Source: Cenarchaeum sp.
Lineage (GTDB): Archaea > Thermoproteota > Nitrososphaeria > Nitrososphaerales > Nitrosopumilaceae
Assembly: GCA_963692915.1 (NCBI GenBank)
Contig: OY843584.1
Coordinates: forward strand, 928,001 to 992,000
DNA length: 64,000 nt
Reading direction: 5' to 3'
Shown here piece by piece: positions 8,470-18,800 of this stretch. A program made the position numbers and the translations under genes. The notes beneath the pieces are model-generated. The model saw only the letters and a program-made list of their open reading frames with translations, did no database searches and had not been told where the DNA came from. Numbering within the stretch: the first letter of the stretch is position 1; the number at the start of each line of letters is the position of its first letter.

Positions 8470-9408
8470 ATGCAGAGACAGTCATGGCTCATCGTGGCAG
8501 CCGTGCTAGCAGTGGGTATCGCGCTTGGCTCAGTGGCAGCACTCGGAGGGCAGGATGTGGCGGAGCCCGATGCCGGTGAGGCAGGCGGCGCCGTGATATA
8601 CGCGACGTTCTATCCCTATGCGGAGCTTGCCGGCGGCGTTGCCGAGGGCATAGCCGATGTGAGGCAGTTCGGGCCGGCCGGCTCTGGCGCACATGACTGG
8701 GAGCCCGGCGCCGGTGAGATCGAGTCACTCGACGATGCAGTCGCGCTGATCCATAGCGGTGAGGGAGTAGAGACGTACATTGGCGACCTAGAGTCCATTG
8801 ACAGCCTTGGTCACATCATGTTCATAGCGGCATCCGGAGAGCACCATGACGATGACGCGGGACATGACGATGAGTCCGAACACGGTGACGAAAAGACGCA
8901 CCTGTGGCTCGATCCAGTGGAGGCCATTGCGCAAGTCGACCGCATACGCGACGCGCTCTCTGCAATCGATCCGGCCAATGCAGGGGCATACGCTTCCAAT
9001 GCAGACATGTACGCCGTAGGACTCGAAGGGCTCGACGCGCGGTACCGTGACGGTCTTGCAGAGTGTGACCACAGAACCATAGTGACGTTTCACAACGCAT
9101 TTGACGCAATGGCCGCAAGGTACAACCTAGAGGTTCTCGGCATTGCGCACTCGCACCACGCCGAGCCGAGCGTCTCAGAGATCGCAACGCTCGTCACTTA
9201 CCTGCGAGATTCTGGCGCGCGCGCCATATTTTCAGACGACCTGACTGACGGGAGGCTCGAGGTCGCCGCTGCCGAGGAGGCCAGCGTCGACGTCATTGCG
9301 CTAAGCACGCTTGAGGGCCTGGCGCGCACAGATGCGGCAGGCACAACATACATTGAAAAGATGGACACCAACCTTGATGCGCTAAGGGAGGGCCTGGCTT
9401 GCCGGTAA
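8470..9408 (+). CDS. znuA: Zn/Mn ABC transporter substrate-binding protein
   Basis: N-terminal TM/signal, AHDWEP, His/Asp loop EHHDDDAGHDDESEH, HLWLDP, HNAFD. Confidence 0.9.
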   Translation: MQRQSWLIVAAVLAVGIALGSVAALGGQDVAEPDAGEAGGAVIYATFYPYAELAGGVAEGIADVRQFGPAGSGAHDWEPGAGEIESLDDAVALIHSGEGVETYIGDLESIDSLGHIMFIAASGEHHDDDAGHDDESEHGDEKTHLWLDPVEAIAQVDRIRDALSAIDPANAGAYASNADMYAVGLEGLDARYRDGLAECDHRTIVTFHNAFDAMAARYNLEVLGIAHSHHAEPSVSEIATLVTYLRDSGARAIFSDDLTDGRLEVAAAEEASVDVIALSTLEGLARTDAAGTTYIEKMDTNLDALREGLACR

Positions 9409-10196
9409 ACGCGCTTGAGGTCAAGGACGTCACTGCCGGATTCGGCGCGACGAATGCCATAGAGTCCATAGCATTTGAGCTCGCCGGCGGCGAGATACTC
9501 GGCATAGTCGGCCCCAACGGGGCAGGCAAGACGACGCTCTTTCGCGCAATGCTCGGGCTCCACGCGCACTCGGGAACGGTGTCCATATGCGGGCGCAGCG
9601 GCTCGGCGCGCCTGGCCCTCCTGCCGCTAGTCGGGTATGTCCCGCAGCGCTTTGTGCCCGATCGCGGGTTTCCGGCCACGGTTCGCGACATCGTCTCGAT
9701 GGGCGTCCTGCCGGCGCGGCGCCTCGAGGCGTGCGCACGCCTAGCCGGCGAGTCCGGATACGAGTGGCGCCGCGAGTATAGCCGCCTCGGCGGGCGCGAC
9801 GAAAAGGTCGATGCGGCCATGGAGGCCGTCGGCATGGGCGAGCTTGCCTGCAGGAGGATAGGCGAGCTCTCTAGCGGCGAGACGCAGCGCGCATTCATCG
9901 CAAAGTCCCTCGTCAACGATCCGCTCCTCCTGATACTTGACGAGCCCGCATCGAGCGCTGATGCCGGCGCGCGCGAGCTGCTCCACGGGATCATGCGCCG
10001 GCTCAACACGGAGCTCGGAGTGACCATAGTCTGGTCATCACACGACCTCGACGCACTAGAGCGCGTGGCCACGCGCGTGGCGTGCATGGACCGCCGGCTC
10101 TTCTTTCACGGCGGCAAGGACGAGTTCTTTGCCGACGAGGAGGCGGTCCGGTCATACACCGAGTCGGCGATGCAGGCTCACATGAGGGAGCACTGA
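9399..10196 (+). CDS. znuC: Zn/Mn ABC transporter ATP-binding protein
   Basis: GPNGAGKT, GYVPQ, LSSGETQR, LILDEP, SHD. Confidence 0.92.
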   Translation: MPVNALEVKDVTAGFGATNAIESIAFELAGGEILGIVGPNGAGKTTLFRAMLGLHAHSGTVSICGRSGSARLALLPLVGYVPQRFVPDRGFPATVRDIVSMGVLPARRLEACARLAGESGYEWRREYSRLGGRDEKVDAAMEAVGMGELACRRIGELSSGETQRAFIAKSLVNDPLLLILDEPASSADAGARELLHGIMRRLNTELGVTIVWSSHDLDALERVATRVACMDRRLFFHGGKDEFFADEEAVRSYTESAMQAHMREH

Positions 10197-10202
10197 GGGG
10201 CT

Positions 10203-11018
10203 GTGATCGAGGTTCTCTCGCACGCGTTTGTCCAAAAGGCCATCCTGGCCGGCGCGTGCATTGGGGTGGCATGCGCGTTTCTCGGCGTGTTTCTTGTCAT
10301 GCGCCGCAACGCGCTCTTTGGCGATGCCGTCTCGCATGTGGCCTTTGGCGGCGTCGCCGTCGGCCTCCTGTCCGGCATCTATCCCGTCTGGACCGCACTG
10401 TGCGCGGCGATCCTCGGGGGCGTCTGCATGCAGCGCCTGCGCGGCGTGCCCGGCATCAGCGGGGATGCCGCAGTGGCCATACTCCTGGTCGGCGGCCTCG
10501 GAGTCGGCGTCCTGGCAGCTAGCGCAACTGGCGGGTTTGGCGTCGACCTCTATGCGTTCCTCTTTGGCAGCATACTCCTGGTCGGGACTGCCGATGTCGT
10601 GACGATCTGCGCCGTGAGCGCCGGCGTGGTCGCCGTGCTCTATGCGCTGAGGCGGCAGCTCCTCCACGTCACGTTCAGCGAGGAGCAGGCAAGCGTCGCC
10701 GGCGTGCGCGTCGAGCTCCTCGGGTACGCCTTTGTCATACTCACTAGCGTGACTGTCGTCATGTCGATGAGGCTAGTTGGCATACTCCTCGTCTCGGCCC
10801 TCGTGGTCCTTCCGCCCATAACTGCGATCGCGCTAGGCGGCGGGTTTGGGCGCACGGTGGCCACTGCGATCGCAGTCGCAGTCGGCTCCGTTGTCACCGG
10901 CATCGCCGTCTCGGCGGCATACGACCTTGCGCCCTCTGGGGCCATAGTCATGGTCGGAATTGGCGCGCTCCTCGCTGCCCTGGGGGTCGCTGCCCTAAGG
11001 CGGCGCGCGGCCCACTAG
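10203..11018 (+). CDS. znuB: Zn/Mn ABC transporter permease
   Basis: GDAVSHVAFGG, LFGSIL, multiple TM helices. Confidence 0.92.
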   Translation: MIEVLSHAFVQKAILAGACIGVACAFLGVFLVMRRNALFGDAVSHVAFGGVAVGLLSGIYPVWTALCAAILGGVCMQRLRGVPGISGDAAVAILLVGGLGVGVLAASATGGFGVDLYAFLFGSILLVGTADVVTICAVSAGVVAVLYALRRQLLHVTFSEEQASVAGVRVELLGYAFVILTSVTVVMSMRLVGILLVSALVVLPPITAIALGGGFGRTVATAIAVAVGSVVTGIAVSAAYDLAPSGAIVMVGIGALLAALGVAALRRRAAH

Positions 11019-11157
11019 GCGCAACCGCACGCGCAGCTCACGCCTGCCGAGTCAAACGAGCAGTCATGCTGCGAGCCGTCAACTGGGCGCGTCACCGGAA
11101 TCCTGCGCATGCACTCCCCATGCCTGCCCCGCCGGCAGAACCAGCAGACCGTGCGGC

Positions 11158-12075
11158 CTATACCGGCGTCAGCCATTCGGCAAACCTCTCGTCCTTGCCC
11201 GTGGCCGCATCCATGTACGAGCGGCGCAGCGCGCGCGTCACCTTGCCGGCCTTGCCGTCGCCTATGCGCGTGCGGTCGACAGACGCCACGGGCTTTACCT
11301 CGGCTGCCGTGCCAGTCATGAACACCTCGTCGGCAACATAGAGATCCTCGCGCTTTATGGCCGACTCGGCGACATACCCGCCATCACCCTCGACTATCTG
11401 CACAATGCTGTCCCTGGTTATCCCCTCGAGTATTCCCGAGGAGAGCGGCGGCGTCGATATCTCGCCGTCCTTTATGACAAATATGTTCTCGGCCCCGCCC
11501 TCGGCGACGTTGCCGTCTGAACCCAGCATTATCGCCTCGTCGTACCCGTCATCGAGGGCCTCGACTCGCGCGAGTGCGGCGTTTGCATAGTTTGATGCGG
11601 CCTTTGCCTTCATCGGCTGGGAGCGCGAGTCGATGCGCGTCCAGCTCGACACCTTGCACCTCACGCCAGACGTCCCGCGGCCGGCGTGCGACTCACCAGA
11701 CTTCCATGACCAGCACGCGATGGCAAGGTCGACAGGGTTCTTTGATGGCGTCAGTCCCATCCAGCCGTACCCGCGGTATGCGAGTGGGCGCACATAGCAC
11801 TCGCGCAGGCCGCTGGCGCGCACCGTTCTTATGATCGCCTTGGATATTTGCTCTTTTGTGTATGGCACGTCCATCGAGTACATCTTTGCAGACCTGAGGA
11901 GGCGCTCGACGTGCTCATCGAGGCGAAAGATCGCCGGGCCGCGCGGCGTCTCATAGCAGCGCAGGCCCTCAAAGACTGCCGAGGCGTAGTGTAGCGCGTG
12001 CGTGAGCACGTGAACCTTTGCGCTGCCAAATGGCACGAGGCGCCCGTTCATCCATATCTTGCCAGTCTCCTTCAA
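11158..12075 (-). CDS. ilvE: Branched-chain amino acid aminotransferase
   Basis: HALHYASAVFEGLRCY, KAASNY, ILEGITR, EVFMTGTAAE. Confidence 0.95.
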   Translation of the reverse strand: MKETGKIWMNGRLVPFGSAKVHVLTHALHYASAVFEGLRCYETPRGPAIFRLDEHVERLLRSAKMYSMDVPYTKEQISKAIIRTVRASGLRECYVRPLAYRGYGWMGLTPSKNPVDLAIACWSWKSGESHAGRGTSGVRCKVSSWTRIDSRSQPMKAKAASNYANAALARVEALDDGYDEAIMLGSDGNVAEGGAENIFVIKDGEISTPPLSSGILEGITRDSIVQIVEGDGGYVAESAIKREDLYVADEVFMTGTAAEVKPVASVDRTRIGDGKAGKVTRALRRSYMDAATGKDERFAEWLTPV

Positions 12076-12168
12076 GGCGCCATGGCGCGCCCTGCATGAT
12101 AAATAAAATGATCGATCCGGCACGACAGGCGCACGCTAAAATAGCGCAGGCATCTCGCGCATGAGGCA

Positions 12169-12372
12169 ATGGAGTGGACACTCGGGGGCGCGGCCATTGC
12201 GCTCCTAGTCGTGGGCCTAGTCGGTCAGGGCTTTGAGATGCGCCGCATAAACGCCGAGGGCGGGGACGAGGAAGAGGGTCGGCCAAGCGCGTTTGCCGAC
12301 AGGCGCAACTTCAAGTGGTACGCCATAATCGGCGCCGGAATCGCCATCTGGTTTGCCGCCGAGAGGCTCTAG
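12169..12372 (+). CDS. Small two-TM membrane protein
   Basis: Two hydrophobic helices flanking an acidic loop; TATA-like TAAAATA upstream. Confidence 0.7.
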   Translation: MEWTLGGAAIALLVVGLVGQGFEMRRINAEGGDEEEGRPSAFADRRNFKWYAIIGAGIAIWFAAERL

Positions 12373-13766
12373 GCCATCTCGGAGCGGCGCGCGTGTATGG
12401 CGCGTATCGCGCGCGCTATGGCGTCATCTGCGTCATCAACTAGGACGATAATGCGCGAGGTCTCCTCCTGGGCATCCATGTTGAGTATGTTGAGGCCCGC
12501 CTCGCCGATGCACGCGCTCACGCGCGCCACGACGTGCTGTGCGCGCGACATCTCGTCGCCTATGAGCGTGATCACGCCACGCCCGTGCGTCACGCTGCAA
12601 AACGGGTCAAACTTTCGGAGGTAGCGAACGTTGCGGCGGACATACTCACCGTCAAGGAACAGTATTCGCGCGTACGTGATGCCGGATTTCGTGAACGGCG
12701 ACAGTATGACATACTCCTCATAGCGCCGCTCGTCTCGCAGCGAGTCGATGAGCGCGCCGGCAGCAGACGACTCTAGGCCAACGATGGCGCAATCGCTCTT
12801 GCCGGTGACTATCTTTAGCGGGTTGCCTCCGTCACTAGCCGGCTCACGGGCAATGCGCGTGACCTTTGAGGGGTTGCGCATGCTAGTGATGGTCACCGGA
12901 AACCCCGCGCCGCACTCGTGCATCTCCTTTATCGCAATCGGGTCCAGTATCGTCATGCCAAACATTCCGGCAATGCGCGCCTCGTTGTAGGAGAGCTCGC
13001 GTATCTCATCCACAGTGTCGACTATGCGCGGGTCAGCCGAGGCGACGTTGCTGTCCTTTTCAAGGTCAATGACAACGTCATAGTCACCAGAGAAGAGCAG
13101 GCCAATGTCGACTGCAGTCCTGTCAGAACCCCCACGCTCGTACGTCGTGACCGTGCCGCCTTCACTCTTGCCGACAAACCCGCCGATAGTCACGACGCTG
13201 TTGGACTTTACAAGGTCCGCAATGTGCGAGCGCGCCTCCATGGACTTTTCGCGCAAAAAGTTCGTCGACTCTATATTCTCGTCAGTCACTATGGGCCATG
13301 ACCCAAAGTCCACAGCAGCGGCGCTTATTCCGGCATCGCGCATGGCAGCAGCGGCAATTAGGGACATTGGAAGCTCACCCGAGTGCGCAAGTGCGCGCGA
13401 GCGAACCTCGTCGGCAAAAGAGCGCGAGGCCGCAGCCTCGCCGAGGGCAGCCTCAAAGTGCGCAAGGTGCTCCTCGACTTGCGGGCCGCACGCCTTGCGC
13501 GAGTCGGCACTGAGCCTCGCCATGATCGCCCCATACGCACGCCGGACTGGGGAGGCATCAGGCTCCTCTCCGAGCTCGGCGGACTTGCCGCACGATATGA
13601 CGACGTCGGTGAGCGACGTGGACTTGCCGCCGTGCTCAGTCGGCGGAGCGGAAAAGACGGCTACGACCCTAGAGGTGGCGGCCATCTCCGAGACGCGCCG
13701 CGATATGTCATGGATCGCCGAGGCGTCCACGCCTATCACGCTGCCGCCAAACTTTGCAACCGTCAT
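12369..13766 (-). CDS. lysC: Aspartate kinase
   Basis: VAKFGGS, RGGSDRTA, ADPRIV, LSYNEA, C-terminal ACT domains. Confidence 0.9.
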   Translation of the reverse strand: MTVAKFGGSVIGVDASAIHDISRRVSEMAATSRVVAVFSAPPTEHGGKSTSLTDVVISCGKSAELGEEPDASPVRRAYGAIMARLSADSRKACGPQVEEHLAHFEAALGEAAASRSFADEVRSRALAHSGELPMSLIAAAAMRDAGISAAAVDFGSWPIVTDENIESTNFLREKSMEARSHIADLVKSNSVVTIGGFVGKSEGGTVTTYERGGSDRTAVDIGLLFSGDYDVVIDLEKDSNVASADPRIVDTVDEIRELSYNEARIAGMFGMTILDPIAIKEMHECGAGFPVTITSMRNPSKVTRIAREPASDGGNPLKIVTGKSDCAIVGLESSAAGALIDSLRDERRYEEYVILSPFTKSGITYARILFLDGEYVRRNVRYLRKFDPFCSVTHGRGVITLIGDEMSRAQHVVARVSACIGEAGLNILNMDAQEETSRIIVLVDDADDAIARAIRAIHARRSEMA

Positions 13767-13841
13767 GCGCTCCACACGTGCCCACCTGCACGCCCCCAAA
13801 GCACCCTAAGTTTAAATGGATTTTGGCCCGCGCGCGCAGAC

Positions 13842-13916
13842 GGGCCCATGGTCTAGATCGGTCATGATATCGCCCTTACACGGCGAGGATCCGGGGTTCA
13901 AGTCCCCGTGGGCCCA
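13842..13916 (+). tRNA. tRNA-Val(TAC)
   Basis: GGGCCCA/TGGGCCC acceptor stem, CTTACAC loop, GGTTCAAGTCC; TTTAAAT at 13811. Confidence 0.95.
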
Positions 13917-13939
13917 CCCCTCCATCACGCGATAGCCGT

Positions 13940-13962
13940 GCGCGCAGGCGTCCCCTGCGCGC
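13940..13962. terminator. GC-rich 9-bp hairpin between convergent tRNA genes
   Basis: GCGCGCAGG-N5-CCTGCGCGC; function inferred from position only. Confidence 0.35.
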
Positions 13963-13975
13963 CTGTGAATTGGGG

Positions 13976-14049
13976 TGCAGTTGCCGGGATTTGAACCCGG
14001 GTCACGAACTTGGCAAGCTCGCATAATAACCAAACTATACTACAACTGC
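13976..14049 (-). tRNA. tRNA-Gly(GCC)
   Basis: GCAGTTG/CAACTGC stem, TTGCCAA loop, GGTTCAAATCC. Confidence 0.95.
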
Positions 14050-14103
14050 GCCAACGCGCACGGCTCGGCGGCCAACTCTATTAAACCATACCGCCGCGCG
14101 ACC

Positions 14104-15435
14104 CTAGTCGTCCGTGCCTAGCTTCGAGAGCCTGTCGCCGGCCTTGAAGAGGAACGGCGACATGAACGCAGTCACTACGGCGACGACTCCGACGAGCGGA
14201 AAGACAAAGGCGCTCACTGCGCCAATGTCGACGCCGGACTTTGCGATGACGATCGAGAACTCTCCGCGCGGCGGCCCGAGGGCAAAGGCGGCCCGAAACG
14301 ACCTCTTGCGGCCCTGGCGGCCCAGGATGCAGCCGGCAAAGTTTGCCCCCAGCTTTACTGTGACAGAGACTGCGATGAGGGCGATGGCAACTAGAATGTA
14401 CCCCTGTATCTGCGAGACGTCCATGAGCGCGCCGACTGACACAAAAAAGACGGCGACGAACATGTCCTTTATGGGACTAGAGATGAGCTTGGAGACCTCA
14501 GACGAGCGCGACTCGGCGACGAGCACGCCGGCGAGGAACGCTCCAATGGCGACAGAGAGGCCAACGATATTGGCTAGGAGCGCATAGCCAAAGCAGACGC
14601 CAAGAACGCTCAAGAGGAGTATCTCGCGGTGCTCAGTTGCCGCCATCCTGTCGATGAGCGGCGGGATGACGCGCGTGCCAACAGTGAACGTGCCGACGAT
14701 TAGGCCGACGGCGACTATAATGACGACGGCGACGCTCTCGACTGATATGGTACCTGCAAGGACGACTGACTGGAGCGACGTGATGAGTATGACTGCGATG
14801 ATATCCTCGACGATGAGCACGCCGAGGACGAGTATGGAGGAGTCCTTGCGTATGCGCCCGGAATCCTCGAGGAGCTTTACGATTATCGCCGTGCTGCTGA
14901 TCGACAGGGCCGCAGCTATAAAGAGCGCATCAGTCGTCCCCATGCCAAAGGCAGTCGCGACTGCAAGCGTCGCGCCCATTGTGGAAAAGACGCCGAGCGT
15001 GCCTATTCCCATGGCCACCTTTCCTATAGAGCGTATGCGCGCATAGGGAAACTCGATCCCGATGACAAAGAGGAGCATGATTATGCCGATATCGGCAAAG
15101 AGGTTGAGGGCCGATGCGTCAGAGAGGAGGCCCAGCGCGCCATCTGGCGCAGGCGAGCCGACTGGCAGGAGCCCGGACCAGAGCGGGGAGAGCGGGCCGA
15201 TGAGCATTCCGGCAAAGAGGTATCCAAGGATGAGCGGCTGCCGTATCTTGAAGAACGCAAGCGTCACTATGGCGCCGATTATCATGATAACTGCGAGATC
15301 CGTGATGAACGACGCGTGCGGGAGCTCGGGCGTTATCTGCTCAATGATCGCCGAAAAGCTGCGAGTTATCGTTCCCTGGATGCCCGAGTCCGGCGTTGCA
15401 GACTGGAGAGTGTACGAAGTTATCATGTACCCCAC
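14104..15435 (-). CDS. CPA2-family cation:proton antiporter (start uncertain)
   Basis: LLFVIGIE, SISSTAII, LIVEDI, GAFLAG, RGEFS; many TM helices. Confidence 0.9.
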   Translation of the reverse strand: MGYMITSYTLQSATPDSGIQGTITRSFSAIIEQITPELPHASFITDLAVIMIIGAIVTLAFFKIRQPLILGYLFAGMLIGPLSPLWSGLLPVGSPAPDGALGLLSDASALNLFADIGIIMLLFVIGIEFPYARIRSIGKVAMGIGTLGVFSTMGATLAVATAFGMGTTDALFIAAALSISSTAIIVKLLEDSGRIRKDSSILVLGVLIVEDIIAVILITSLQSVVLAGTISVESVAVVIIVAVGLIVGTFTVGTRVIPPLIDRMAATEHREILLLSVLGVCFGYALLANIVGLSVAIGAFLAGVLVAESRSSEVSKLISSPIKDMFVAVFFVSVGALMDVSQIQGYILVAIALIAVSVTVKLGANFAGCILGRQGRKRSFRAAFALGPPRGEFSIVIAKSGVDIGAVSAFVFPLVGVVAVVTAFMSPFLFKAGDRLSKLGTDD

Positions 15436-15474
15436 GGCATGAGACGGTATTGCGGCCTAGTTTGTGAGCGCCGA

Positions 15475-15777
15475 TTAGGCGACTTCGAGGTGGCCAAACT
15501 TGCCCTTTGTGAGCGACTTTTTGCCCTTGAACTCGTTGATGTAGCCGTTGTTGATCCTAACCGTGCAGCCCTCTGTGACCTTTGAGATATCCTCGCCCCA
15601 AAGCGTGAGGTCTATCTCGCCGCCCGAGCTGTCAGCGAGCGTCATGTCACAGACGTCTGCCGTGCCGCCCCTCTTTAGGTTGACCGTGCGAACCTCGCCC
15701 TTTTTCTTGAGCGAGCCCTCAAAGTTGACTCCGCTAGTCATGCCCTTGGCAACCTCTGCGGTGACAAATTCAGCCAT
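15475..15777 (-). CDS. ssb: Single-OB-fold ssDNA-binding protein
   Basis: LADSSGGEIDLTLWG, INNGYINEFKG...LTKGKFG. Confidence 0.85.
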   Translation of the reverse strand: MAEFVTAEVAKGMTSGVNFEGSLKKKGEVRTVNLKRGGTADVCDMTLADSSGGEIDLTLWGEDISKVTEGCTVRINNGYINEFKGKKSLTKGKFGHLEVA

Positions 15778-15836
15778 CAGCAGCACCCCCAATATGTGGC
15801 ATTATAAAGCTGTCGCACGACCCGCACGGCGCAGGC

Positions 15837-18800
15837 CTAGGGGGCCGGAGGCCTGTACTCTACTGTAGGCGTCGCAGCCGTGTCCTCGACTGTCGCATGG
15901 TGCAGCGTGACTGACGTGGCACCCGAGAGGAGGAGCGCGTGGGCCGCAGGCACGCCAGGGGCCGGCGAGACGCCAGAGGCGACCCCACCGCCGATGCGCC
16001 AGTCAGATGCCACGAGGAGGCCGCTGACTGGCTCTAGGAATGTCACCTCAGTCATGCCCCTGCCGGCAGTCTGCGCGCCAAACGTCGGGAGGACCGTGTC
16101 GACGACTATGCGCGTCTGGCCGGCGTCGATGTCAGCCGGACCCACGCCGATGGCGTTGCCTGCGGCATCCCAGGCCTGTATGGCAAAGGCGAGCTCGCCC
16201 TGCGCGGCCCCTGTTGCCGGAACGACTAGCGCGTATGTCCAGGATGTCGACTGGTCTGACGGCGAGGCGGTCATGCCGGCAGTGGCTCCGAGAATCTCGA
16301 TCGTCGGCGTGTTCGAGCCGGCCGGCTCGTCAAGCGTGAGTGATGCAGTTATCATGTCATCGGCATTTGCGTATCTCGGTGCTGACGGGGAGGCCACGCT
16401 GCCGTCATGCGTGAGGGCAAATGAGAGCGAGGCGGCAGCCGGCCTGAACGCGTCATCAAACATTGTGACATCGGCGTTGGCGGCCAGGACGTTTGCCGGA
16501 GTCGCCCAGTCGCGTATGCGGCCCGCGTCATCAGCACCGGCGACATATGCGACTGTGAGCTCGGCGAGTGCGCCTGAGGATGGCGCGTGCGTGAGGAGCA
16601 GGCCGCGCCAGTCATCGACGATCGTGACGTCACTGACTGCAAGTGGCGTGTCATCACTCGTCTCCGTCGTGCCGTGCGTCTCGGTCACCGTCCAGTGGGC
16701 CGCGCGCATCTCCGGTGTGGACGCGTCATCAAGGCGTATCCTGTCAGTCACGGGATCAAGGCGCACAACTGTTCTGTCTGTCGAGATTGCCACTGCCGTG
16801 TGCGGCCGTGGGGGAGTCGTGTCACCATGGCTTGTGAATAGCGTGGTCGGCTCAAACGACACGCCGTTGGCGTCAGTCACCGAGGACGATATGGTGATGC
16901 GCACCTCGGGGTATTCGGGTGTCGGCACGGAGAGATCAGGTGACCCATCACCATCATCAAGGGAGTCACCATCAATGGCGCGCAGGGAGTTTATCTCGAT
17001 AATGTTGGCGCCTTCACTGTACGAAATTGTGGTGTAAAAACCACTTGTGCTAAAGCCCCCTATGCCAATACCAGCAAGGTTGGTATCATCAACTGTGCTG
17101 ACATCAAGCGGCTCACTCACCGATACGGCCAGCGTGTACCGGTCAGAAAAGACCACTTGTGAGGCAGTCGGCGGCGTGGCGTCATATGTGGCAGTCACCG
17201 GATCGGCAGGCACGTGGGCGTTGCCGCGCGCATCCTGCAGGGCAGCAGAGGCACTCACGCTATAGACTGTCGTCTCCACGGCATCACCGGCCAGGCCAAG
17301 CGTGACTCGCCGCGAGTGCTGTGTGTACGAGACCGCATCAGAGGAGGCCAGGAGGTTGTCAGTAGAGCCCGGAGCCGTGACGCTAAATGCGCCGCGTGTC
17401 ACCGTGGAGGCCTCTAGCGGCTCGTCAAACTCGGCATGCAGCGTCCTCGGGCCGGTGAACGAGGCGCCGACGAGCTTCGGACCGGCCGTGTCAGTCGCGC
17501 GCGTCACCGTTATCGGGTCAGTCGCCGGCGCGTTGCCGGCAGCATCGCGAATCTCTGGCGGGAGCGATAGCGTGTACGGGGCGCCTGCCACAAGATCACC
17601 GAGCAAAAAGAGGACCAGGCGGCTTTTAGGCGTGGTCTCCAGCACAGTGCGCGCCGTAGGGTCGTCTGGCACTGCACCAGGCGAGTTGTCGACCTGCCGG
17701 AGATACACGGGAGTCTCCAGGCCGCCCTCTGCGGTGAGTGTGAGGCCAGGTGCGTGGAGGTATGGAGGACGAGCGGTGTCAACAGAGAATGGCAGCAGAT
17801 ACCGTGTGGCCGTAAAGGCGTCAAGAACCTCGTCAAACCACACATGGATCTCGGCATGTACGGCGGACATGGTGTCAGTTCTGGGCACAAAGGCTGTAGC
17901 AGTGGTCGCCACGGCCGGCCCCACACCGTCAACGGCCGACGATCCAGGATACGCAACGCTGTTGCCGCCAAAGTCCTCAAGTGAGCCGTCTCCCGTTGAC
18001 ACGTATGACAGGGCCGGCGTTGCGCCGGGACCAGAGTTTGTGGCGTGCGTTATGGTTATGGTGGTGTCATCCGTTCCAGGCTTTATGGCAACAGAGCTCA
18101 CGGCCCTGTCGGTGCCGTCAGTCACTGTCCACTTGTTCAGGCGGTCTGCTGTGTCTGAGTCCCTAAATCGCACGGGCTCGCTAAATGTCACGTCTATGGT
18201 GGTGCGCGATGTGGTGAGCGCAGACGCAAAGGTCGGAGTCGCGCCATCTGTGGCGATCGTCGTGTGCGCAGGCAGTGCGGTGTCGCTCGCACTCAGGCGG
18301 TTCGCGTCTGTGGAGGGCATATACGATACTGCCGGTGTGGCGCCCGTGGTTCCAAGATCACGGTGGATTAGCGTGATGGTCGTGGTCCCCTGCTCCAGGG
18401 TGGCAGTAGACTGCTCAGAGGAGCCATGCCTGATCAGGCCTGCCGGAGAGCCGTCCACTGTCCACTCTTCAACAGACGTCGTCCCGCCCACTGCAGGACT
18501 GAACGTGACGGCCGTGCTCGCAGAAGTGGACGTCCTAGCCGTGAACGGCGCCGTGACTGCAGCATATGTTGAGGCTATTGGAGAGGCCGGTGCCGCATAG
18601 TGGACGCCATTGGCGTCGGTGACTGACGTGGCCACTGTCACCTCGTGGGACACAGCAGCGGCATCAGAGGCGAGGCTGAGCAGCACGGTTTGTGAGCCAC
18701 GCGAGTGCGTCACGGCGTTTGATGCCGCAAGGAGGTTTGTCTCGCTTTCGGCCACGGTTACAGAGAAGGCGCCGGGAACAATGGTGGTGAATGCCAGCGG

